DNA of 64,000 nucleotides from Mobula hypostoma (Eukaryota): NCBI RefSeq assembly GCF_963921235.1, contig NC_086109.1, positions 18,602,001 to 18,666,000 of the forward strand, read 5' to 3'. Shown piece by piece: positions 1 to 8,955 of this stretch (position 1 is its first letter; each line of letters starts with the position of its first letter). The notes under the pieces were generated by a model. It saw only the letters and a program-made list of their open reading frames with translations, ran no database searches and was not told where the DNA came from. The position numbers and the translations under genes were made by a program.

Positions 1-215
1 ATACAAACATGAGTCAAGTAATAATAACAATGCTTGAGAACTTGAGTTGCTGAGTCCTTGCAAATGAGTGTTGAGGTGAGTGAAGTTGTCCACACTAGTT
101 CAAGAGCCTGATGGTGAACTGTTCCTGAACTCGGTGGTGTTGGACCGAAGGCTCTGGTACCTTCCTCCTGATGATAGCGGTGAGAAGAAAGCATGGATTC
201 GGATGGTGGGGATCA
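1..215 (-). mobile_element. Rex1/Babar-type LINE 3' fragment
   Basis: Reverse complement of the family's 3' coding end (HAFFSPLSSGGRY-like) plus 3' UTR shared with many copies in the window. Confidence 0.6.
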
Positions 216-380
216 GATAAAGGAAGGTGCATTCAGTAGTTTGCCTTTTCTTGTTCGGCTATTTCTCTTCACGAGTTGAGGCCTCCACGCCACTCATACC
301 CAACTGAGAACTGTGAAGTCCAGACTCTGTTATGTAAGCATTGATTACTCTTGTTTTCTTCCAGCTGATCTTCTGCTAAG

Positions 381-448
381 ATGAAAATGGCATCTGTTGA
401 GGTTACAACTATTAACAACAGTAGTACTCTGTGTCTCAATGATCCCAG
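381..448 (+). CDS. Coding exon 1 of actinoporin-like protein gene (MKMASVEVTTINNSSTLCLNDP+AG)
   Basis: Pyrimidine-rich acceptor ttgttttcttccAG ends at 364; in-frame TGA at 366-368 precedes ATG 381; donor CAG|GTAGGT at 448/449. Its phase-2 end joins the 3055 exon in frame (AG+G = Arg). Confidence 0.8.
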
Positions 449-534
449 GTAGGTGGTGTGCGAACTTACAGCACTGCGTTCTCCTGATCATAATTTATAG
501 GCCTGCCGTGCTTGGGGTATGATTATTCAAGGGA

Positions 535-990
535 CACTTCAAAGTGAATTTATTATCAACTTGTGTATCTGTCACTAAATTTTGTCCTGAGATTAGTTTT
601 CTTGCAGCCTTTCACAGTAGAGCAAAGAAATACAATAGAATCAATGAAAACTATCCCCAAAGACTGGCAAGCAACCCGCGTGCTAAAGAACATGAACTGT
701 TCAAATACAAAAAAGAAATAAATAATAACTAATACTGAGACCATGAGTTGTAGAGTCCTTGAAAGTGAGTCCGTAGGTTGTGTTTAGTGATTAGTTCAGT
801 GTTGAGGTGAGTGAGGTAATCCATGCCTGTTCAAGACCATCATGGTTGAAGGGTGATAACTGTTCCTGAAGCTGGTGGTGTGGGACCTCAGGCTCTTGTA
901 CCTCCTTCCCGATGGCAGCAGTGAGAAGAGAGCATGGTGGGGGCCCCTTGATGATGGATTCTGCTTTCTTACAGAGGACAGCAATAGTCT
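535..990 (-). mobile_element. Rex1/Babar-type LINE 3' fragment (intronic)
   Basis: Minus frames give KKAESIIKGP and HHALFSLLPSGRRYKSLRSHTTSFRNSY, the typical Rex1/Babar C-terminus. Confidence 0.7.
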
Positions 991-1194
991 GCTCTGTGAA
1001 TTGGCATTCTGTGAGAATGAATGCTGGTGAAGGTGGAGCAGCCCCATCACACCTCCAGTGACCTTGGTTCAGTCCTGATGTCTGGTGGTTTGTGACTCTG
1101 TGGGTTTGCCGTAGACTCACTGCTTTCCTGAAGCTGTGTGGGCTGGTAGGCTAATTACCCACAATGCATCGCTGAGTGGGAGAACCTGGAAGGA

Positions 1195-1410
1195 GATGAT
1201 GGGTGACCTGGGTTCAATTCCTACCTCTGTCTGTAAGGAGTTTGCACATTTTCCCTGTGCCTGTATAGGTTTCCTTTGGATGCTCTGGTAGCCTCCCACA
1301 TTGCAAAAACACACAGGTAGCAGGTTAATTAGTCACAAAGGTGTATTTGGGTGGCGCAGGCTCATTGTGCCGGAAGGCACTGTTACCTTGCTGTCTCTCT
1401 GAATAAAATA
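1195..1410 (+). mobile_element. V-domain tRNA-derived SINE (HE1-like)
   Basis: B-box GGTTCAATTCC followed by V-domain core aggagtttgcacattttccctgtgcctg...ggtttcc...cctcccaca. Confidence 0.7.
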
Positions 1411-1514
1411 AATACAATGACATGCGATTTGAGGTTGGTGTGGATTCAGCGGTCCTGTCTCTGAGCTGTGTAATTCTGTCTATGATCACTGGATGGGAAT
1501 GATAATGCAGTCCC

Positions 1515-2450
1515 AAACGCAAGAAAATCTGCGGATGCTGGAAATCCAGAGTAACACGCACACAATTCTGGAGGAATTCAGCAGGTCAGGCAGCATCTAT
1601 GGAAATGAGTAAACAGTCGATGTTTCTGGCCAAGACCCTTCTTCAGGACTGCGGGGGAGGTGGGTGGAAATGCCTATATAAAAAGGTGGGGGAGGGATAG
1701 GAGGCTAGCTGGAGGTTGATAGATGAAGCCAAGTGCGTGGGAAAGTTGAGGACTGCAGAAGAAAGAATCTGATAGGAGATTGGACAATAGGAGAAAGGGA
1801 AGGGGGGGGACCTAGCAGGGAGTAATAGGCAGTTGAGAAGAAGTAAAAGGTCAGAGTGGGGAATGGAGGAAGGGTTGGTGGTGGTGGAGGGGAGGAATTT
1901 GGTTTACCAGAAGGAGAAATAGGCTGGAGGCTACCCAGACACATTATAAGGTGTTGCTCCTCCACCTTGTTGGCGACCTCCTCAGTGCAAGAGATGGCCA
2001 TGGAGCGGAGCGACACGTTGGAACGGGAATGGGAATCAGAATTCAAGTGTCTGGCCACTGGGAAGTCCTGCCCGTGACAGATGGTGTGGAGGTGCTCGAT
2101 GAAGTGCTTCCCCCCCCCCCCCCAATTTACCATGGGTCTCACAAGTGTAGAGGAGGGTGCATTGGGGGCACTGGATACAATAAACAACCCCAGCACATTC
2201 ACAAGTGAAGTGTTGGCTCATCTGGAGGGACTGTTTGAGGCCCTGAATGGAGGTGAAGGTGGAGGTGCACTTGGACCACTAACGGGGATAAGTTCCTGGA
2301 GGGAGATTAGTGGGGATGGGCAAATGGGCAGGGAATAGCAGAAGGCTCGATCCCCGTGGAACGGGGAAAAGCTAAATATATGTTTAGTCGTAGGATCCCA
2401 TTGAAGCTGGTGGAAGTTGTAGACGATAATGTGTTGGATGTGGAGCGTTG
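1515..2450 (-). mobile_element. Penelope-like element 3' end (GIY-YIG remnant plus terminal repeat)
   Basis: Minus frames: FTCECAGVVYCIQCPQCTLLYTCET and FIEHL...DFPVARHLNS...VEEQHLIMCLGSLQP (GIY-YIG); terminal repeat carries a hammerhead motif. Confidence 0.8.
1614..1651 (-). ncRNA. Degenerate minimal type I hammerhead ribozyme
   Basis: Minus: CAGTC CTGAAGA A GGGTCTTGGCCA GAAA C ATC GACTG; stem I intact, stems II and III mutated. Confidence 0.5.
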
Positions 2451-2649
2451 GATAATGTAATCATTTCCTTCCTTGCAGAGGAAGAATTATGGTGTGTCAT
2501 ATGGCTGGGTTTGTTATGTGTCATTAGTGATTATAATTCATTTGTGTTTTCCTGTTCCCCACCCCCTCCTTGCCACAGAGTATGTCCCCAGCCATGTCGT
2601 CGAACCAGACAGCAGACCTAAGTTAGGTAAACATTTACAAAGCATGATG

Positions 2650-2985
2650 AAAGTAAAGATTAACTTTATTTGTCACGCATACATCAGAATATTAAAACAT
2701 ACAGTGAAGCGCATCATTTACATCAGTGACCAAGCCAATCTGTGGATGTGCAGGGGGCCGGGCGGGAGCTCGTAAGTGTTGTCATAGACCAGGTGCCAAA
2801 AGAGTATGCCCACAACTCAATAACCGGTAGGTCTGTGGAATGTGGGAGGGAACTTGAGCACCCAGAGGAAACCCGTGTGGTTACAGGGAGAACGTGCAAG
2901 CTCCTTAAAGACAGTGGCGGGAATTGAACCCGGGTCAGTATCATAAAACATTACACTATCCACTGTGCTACCCCGCTACCATGCC
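2650..2985 (-). mobile_element. V-domain SINE
   Basis: Reverse complement of V-domain (gtgggagggaacttgagcacccagaggaaacccg...gggagaacgtgcaagctcc) and of the tRNA head with B box. Confidence 0.7.
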
Positions 2986-3054
2986 ACACTAATGATAATT
3001 ACCAACTTTTTTTTAAAGAAAAACTATTTTGATTAAATCTTCTTGCATTCTCAG

Positions 3055-3463
3055 GATTTTCCTTGATGGTAATTCTACAGTCATTAAACCAGAGGTGGTC
3101 CCCCCTAATGCAGAGAGTGTGAGCAAGTACTCCACCAACCCGGGGGAAATTCTCTGCTGCGGACTCCTGAGTTACGAGGTGGGATCGTGCTTCTTTGGGG
3201 TGATGTTCGAAAACCCTGTGGTGGAAGGAGAGCTGTCCCAGCAGATTGGTTTATATGTGACAGCGGATCCTGCTGAGCGAGACGACATGTATGGTTTGAT
3301 CAAGAATAGGCAGCAGTCCGCTGTTCTCCAGCACTTGGCGGTTTTCGGATCTAGCCAGAACCAATCCATCTCAGTCACGCTGGCTGGTATCCAGGTCACA
3401 GCCTCCATGTCCAGAGGCACCGACTGCAGCGTTAAGGTTATTGTCAAGGATTTGTCTCCATAG
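3055..3463 (+). CDS. Coding exon 2 of actinoporin-like (sea anemone cytolysin fold) protein; spliced product 158 aa
   Basis: Acceptor tcttcttgcattctcAG at 3053-3054; stop TAG 3461-3463. Motifs align by eye with actinoporins: P-E-V-V-P-P, G-L-L-S-Y...G-V-M-F-E-N-P (cf. GVLAY...AVLFSVP), D-D-M-Y, and C-terminal V-T-A-S-M-S-R-G...V-K-V-I-V (cf. GFMNSSGHAILEIHV). Confidence 0.78.
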
Positions 3464-3911
3464 TGCTACCTTTGAACTTCCTTTATCTTCTAGTCAAGAT
3501 GGCGCCGGCGAGCAATGATTCCTCGGGCTACATCTTTCAGATAGCTAATCTCTTCAATTATTTCACTTTTTCTATGTCTTGTGCTGCTTCTTTTGGTCTT
3601 GAATGCATTTTGGATACAGTTGGAGCCTGTGACGTGCAGTGTGGAATTCCATCGAATAATCTAGTGCTCTGCTGTCCCTGGAGAGGACTGAAAGTCGCCT
3701 CCTGGGGAAAGACCGTGGGTGCAGGGCCATGACTGGCTCAGTTTTGAAGTATCAAGGTGATTGCGGAGGAGGTCAGCGGTCGTTCTTCACGGAGGCCACA
3801 GGCTATCGGGTTCGTAGCCACGGGTCGGTGTCATGGGGGCATGGCGGTTGCTCTTTGCAGAAGGGCTAAGTTCGATTCTGATGGGAGGATGTTTTCGGAG
3901 TTGTAAGTGTT

Positions 3912-4535
3912 GGCATCCGTTAGTCTCGTGAGACCATGGATCTGCGCCTGGAAAGTCTTGCTTCAAGCCGTCGTGGTGAGGTGACGCTGGAGTGTCCTCT
4001 CCGGGGCGCAGGCCTGGGCAAAGTTGTATGGAAGACCGGCAGTTGCCAATGCAGTAAGTGTCCCTCTTCATGACACTGATGTTGTCCAAGGGAAGGGCAA
4101 GGGCTGATACAGCTTGGCACCACTGTCGTCGCAGGAGTTGCCAGGACGAGGCTGAAGGCAATGTCGGACTGCCTTAGGGACTCCAGCTCCGGATTTGGCC
4201 TCGGGGTTTACTCCTGAAGCCTTTCCCATGAGTGGGTATGGCCGCAAGGCAGCAGAAGTTTGAAATCAGAGTTTTCCCTCTCTTAGATGGGCTGCCTTCC
4301 CAGGCTGACGAGCTGCATCTACCCAAAGCACTGGTTTTAAGGCGCCAAGACCCGCCTTCGCCCCTTCTCCCGTCAGTAGAAACAGTCCCACTGGGCTTAG
4401 AGGCTAAGCCACACGAAAAGGTCAGGAGTTGGACTTGGTTGTCAGAGGCTATTTGAGGCACATGCCGTGAGGAGTACTTTTAGGTAGTGGGAGCTTGTCC
4501 CCACTAACACTCCTCAGCTTGACAACCTTGGAACC
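3912..4535 (-). mobile_element. Non-autonomous RTE-derived element
   Basis: GC-rich structured sequence resembling RTE 5' UTRs; its 3' ~200 nt closely matches the tail of the SINE at 16871-17187. Confidence 0.6.
4367..4535 (-). ncRNA. Predicted HDV-like self-cleaving ribozyme at element 5' end
   Basis: Minus: P1 GGTTCC/GGGACT (G1-U wobble), P2 CTCCTG/CGGGAG, P3 ACC/AGT (one mismatch), J4/2 CTGA with candidate catalytic C at 4376. Confidence 0.5.
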
Positions 4536-5279
4536 TGAAGTTCTAAGATTTATGTGATTATTGGACTGTATTGCTCTCCATCAGTTTTCGGTGTTCTCTT
4601 TCTTGTTCCCGATTGGCAGGTTGGGGTTCCGGGTAGGCAATATGTTAGTTTTTGTAAGGGAGTGGGGTTTGGGGAATTTGGGGCCTGATGTACTTGTTGG
4701 TTTTTCTGTGTGGGTGATCTGCTAGTTTATGTGATTTTGGGGGGGTTGATGCTATTGTCGCTGTTTTTTTTTTGCAAGGGAGTGGTGTTGGGAATTTGAT
4801 TTTTTTTGGGGAGGGAGGGTGTTGGGGGTTTGATATCGCTTTTTTGGTGAGGGAGGGATTGGGAGTTTGGTGTTAGCAAGTTTTGTTTCTTTTTCTTTTC
4901 ATGTGGGGAGGGGGTTGATGTCTTCTCGTTTTTACTTTAATTCGAGGCTATCTGTAGAAGATGAATATCATTTGTATTTTACCTGCATACTTTGACAATA
5001 AAGTGAACCTTTTGAAAACCTTTTGAAAACCTTTGATTGTATTCTACAGTGTCAGTACCAAGAGCTTGCCAGTGTGTAATGTGCCCTTGCACTTTGTGAA
5101 GGTGACATCCACCCATACCTCTCCATCTATCTTCCAGTTCTCGCTGGTCTACTCAGTAGCTCAGTATTGAAATCTTTGTTTTCAAGATTCCTCTATAGTC
5201 TTCCACTCACCCCTATCCCTGACATCTGAGGGGGAGTGGGGATTACATCTCTCTTGCGCTTATGTGCAGCATACTATCA

Positions 5280-5580
5280 TACGACATAGCAGCAGAATTA
5301 GCCCATTTGGCCCATTGAATTTGCTCTACAATCCATCATGGCTTTTTTTTATCCCTCTGAAACCCCATTAATCCCCCTCTCCCCACCACCCCTCCCTCGT
5401 ATCCTTTGACACCCTTACTAATTAAAAACCTATCAACCTTCACTTTAAATATACCCAATGATTTGACCTCCACTGCCATCTGGGGCTGTGAATTCCCCAG
5501 ACTCGCTACTCTCTAGCTAAAGAAACTGCTCCACACCTCATTCCTACAGGGTCGTCTGTCTGTTCTGGGGTTTTGCCTAT
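5280..5580 (-). mobile_element. CR1 LINE 3' fragment
   Basis: Plus strand reads gcagaattagcccatttggccc..., the reverse complement of the CR1 3' terminus seen in many copies here. Confidence 0.6.
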
Positions 5581-8031
5581 CTAAGAGTCTGATAAATGCC
5601 CCTAATGTATCTGCCTCTGTGCAGTTAGAAAATAAAAATACAGCAGTGCTGCCCAATTACTCCCCTGTCACCTTCACTTCCACACCAAGGAAAGGAGCTG
5701 GCAGCTACATTCATAGAACACAAAGCATAGAACAGTACAGATCCTTTGACCCAAGATCTTGTGCTGACACTTAACCTATTTTAGGATAAATCCCTTTTCG
5801 ACTCTTCCATACCAAATAACCATCCATCTTTCTATCGTCCATTCCAACATGTCCACTGAAGTTCAGCACATTAGCCCTAGCATCCATCCCTTTCCTCAGA
5901 AGCTCAGTATCAGATTGCTTTAAGAATCCAATCCGTTTATTCCCTTTGATTCTTTAGTGCGAAAAAAAAAATGACTGAGCCCCTTACCTGGGCTGGCTTG
6001 TGTGGGTTTCAGTGAGGGCAAATGAAGCTGGGAAATTCTCTAACTGTAATCACTTTCTTCAATCCTCTTTTTCAGTGGCTTTTTCTAAATACCCCTTTTA
6101 CCCCTTAATAACCTCTAATCCTTTTTTTTTCCCCTTACCAGAGATTGGTGTCTGCCTGAATAATGGGAAAGACACTCACTGAGGGTGGGGTGGGGGGGGG
6201 GGGAGAAGGTCAGCATCAGCCAGCTCAGCTCAGTTAAGGGGTGGATGTCATATAGGAGCAGATTAAGGCCATTTGGCCCATCGAGTCTGCTCTGCCATTT
6301 CATCTTGGCTGATGATACTTTCCCTCTCAGGCCTAATCTCCTGCCTTTTCCCTATATTGCTTAGTACCCTGACTAATCGAGAATCTATCTGCTTCTGCCT
6401 TAAATATGCCCAATAATTTCGCCTTCACAGCCACCTGTGACAACAAATTCAACAGAATCACCATTCCCTGGCTAAGGAAATTTGTCCTCAACTTCGTTCT
6501 AAAAGGACGCTCCTCTACTTGCTGTGTCTTCTGGTCTTGTACTTCCCTACCATAGAAAACATCCTCTCCACATCCACTCTATTGAGGCCTTTCAACATTC
6601 AATGGGTTTCATTAAAGTTTCCCTTCACTGTTCTGAATTCCAGAGAGTAGAGGCCCAGAGCCATAAAATCCTCCTCGTTTGACAAGCCTTTCAAACCCAG
6701 AATTATTTTCATGAACCTCCTTTGAACTCTTTCCAGTGTCAACACATCCTTCCTTAGAAAATGGGCCCAAAGCTGCTCACAATACTCTGTGAGACCTCAC
6801 CAGTGCTATATAAAACCTCAACATTACATCCTTTTTATATTTCAGTCCTCTCGAAATGAATGCTAAAAACTCATTTGCCTGCCTCACCACGGATTCAACC
6901 TGAAAATTAGGGAATCCTGCATGTGGACTCCCAAACCTTTGCACCTCAGATTTTTGAATTTTCTCTCCATTTATAAAACAGTCTACTCTTTTATTTCTTT
7001 TGCTGAGATGCTTGACCATACACTTCCTGACACTATATTCCATCTGCTACTTCTTTGCCCATTCTCCTAATCTAAGTTCTTCTGTAGCCTCTCTACTTCC
7101 TCAAAACTACATGCTTCTCCACCTATCTTTGTATCGTCCACAAACTTGGCCACAAAGCCATCAATTCTGTTATCCAAATCATTGTCAAATAACATAAAAG
7201 GAAGCAGTCCCAACACAGACCCCTGTGCAACACCATTGGTCACTGGCAGGCAACCAGAAAAGTCTCCCTTTATTCCCACTCCTTGCCTCCTGACAATCAG
7301 CCAATGCTCTATCCATCCTGGTACCTTTCCCATAATACCATGGGCTCTTAACTTTACACAGCCTCCTGTAGCACCTTGACAAAGGCTTTCTGAAAATCCA
7401 AGTGCACAGCATCCCCCGATTCTCCGTTGTCTATCCTGCTTGTTATTTCATCACAGAATTCCAACAGATTTGTCAGGCAAGATTTTCCTTTGAGGAAAAC
7501 AAGCTGACTACAGCCTATTTTAAAATGTGCCTCCAAAGTACCCCGAAGCCACATCCTTAATGATCAATTCTAACATTTTCCCAACTGACTAACTGGCCTA
7601 TAGTTTCCTTTCTTCCATCTCTCCCTTGAAGAAAGGAGTTACATTTTGCAGTTTTCCATTCCTCTGGAAAAATGCCAGAATCATTGATTCTTGAAAGATC
7701 ATTACTAAGTGACTCCACAATCTCTTGAGCTACCTCTTTCAGTACCCTGGGGTGTAAACCATCTGGTCCATTTGACTTATCTACCTTCAGACCTCTCAGT
7801 TTACCAAGAACCTTCTTAGTAGTGGCAACTTCACACACTTCTGCCCCCTGACACACTCTAACTTCTGGCATACTGTTAGTGTCTTCCACAGTGTGAGTGA
7901 TACAAAATACTTATTCAGTTTGTCCACCGTTTCCTGGTCTCCCATTACTACATGTCCAGCAGTCTGATATTCACTCTTCACTCTTGCCTCTTTTAAATTT
8001 TATGTATTTTTAGAAACTTTTGTTATCCTGC

Positions 8032-8328
8032 TCATGGCAGGAAGAGAGTTTCTCTTCCTTCTACCATCTGTGTGAGATGATGGGACTTTTGAGAGACTTT
8101 GAGACATTTTTTTACCGTGGCCATGGTCTGTTCTTTATCAAATTATGGTATTGCTTTGCACTTTTGTAACTATATGTTATAACTATGTGGTTTTTGTCAG
8201 TTTTTCAGCCTTGGTCTGTCCTGTGTTTCTGTGATATCATTCTGGAGGAACATTGTATCATTTCTTAATGCATGCATTACTAAATGACAATAAAAGAGGA
8301 CTGTGTGTCCTCATAATCTAATCTAATA
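8032..8328 (+). mobile_element. 5'-truncated copy of the non-coding retroelement at 24657-25288, inserted in CR1
   Basis: Strong similarity to about 25010-25288; ends AATAAAA GAGGAC tgtgt GTCCTC ataatctaatctaat. Confidence 0.7.
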
Positions 8329-8955
8329 TTATTAGCTAGTTTACCTTTGTATTCCACCTTTTTTTCCTTTATGACTTTTTTAGTTGCATTCTGTTGGTTT
8401 TTAAAATCTTCCCAATCCTCTAACTTCTCACTATATTTTGCTCTCATATGCCCTCTCTTTTGCTTTTATGTTGAATTTGACTTCTCTTGTCAACCACAAT
8501 TGTGTCATCTTTCCTTTAGAATACTTCTTCCATATTGGGACATGTAAATCCTGCGCCTTTCGAATTGCTCCCAGAAACTCCAGCCATTGCTGCTCTGTCA
8601 GCATCCCTTTTGATGTTCCTTTCAAACTAATTTTGGCCAGCTCTTCTCTTATGCCTCTGTAATTCTCTTTACTCCACTGTAATACTGATACATCTGATTT
8701 GAGCTTCTCTTTTTCAAATTACTGGTGAAATCTCTCATTTCCTAAGTGTTCCTTTACCTGAAGCTCTTTAATCAATTCTGTTTCATTGCACAACACCGAA
8801 TCCTGAAAATTGCTGGTAACCTCAACCATGAGCTACCCTAAAAAACCCTCTCGTAGGCATTCTAAAAATTTCCCTTCTTGGGAAATTTTACTCAGCACCA
8901 ACCTGATTTTCCCAGTCTACCTGCATATTGAAATCCCCCATGACTACTGTAACAT

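Larger units (their letters stand above)
3493..5035 (+). mobile_element. Long non-coding non-autonomous retroelement (CAAGATGGCGCC head; AATAAA plus tandem ACCTTTTGAAA tail), interrupted by RTE-derived element
   Basis: Starts gtcaagatggcgccgg about 30 nt after the gene stop; G/T-rich body; ends gacAATAAAgtgaaccttttgaaaaccttttgaaaacctttga. Confidence 0.5.

Noticed and set aside
334..364. GTAAGC...CAG mini-intron upstream of exon 1
   Set aside because: 31 nt is too short for a vertebrate intron; the acceptor more likely pairs with a donor outside the window.
2479..2630. Two acceptor-like sites and short open stretches inside the gene's intron
   Set aside because: Exon 1 and exon 2 already join into a continuous fold motif; no homology is evident for these stretches.
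3029..3054. N-terminus MIKSSCILR of the listed 144-aa ORF
   Set aside because: Starts at a non-ATG codon inside the intron's pyrimidine tract; the splice acceptor at 3054 explains the real start of the exon.
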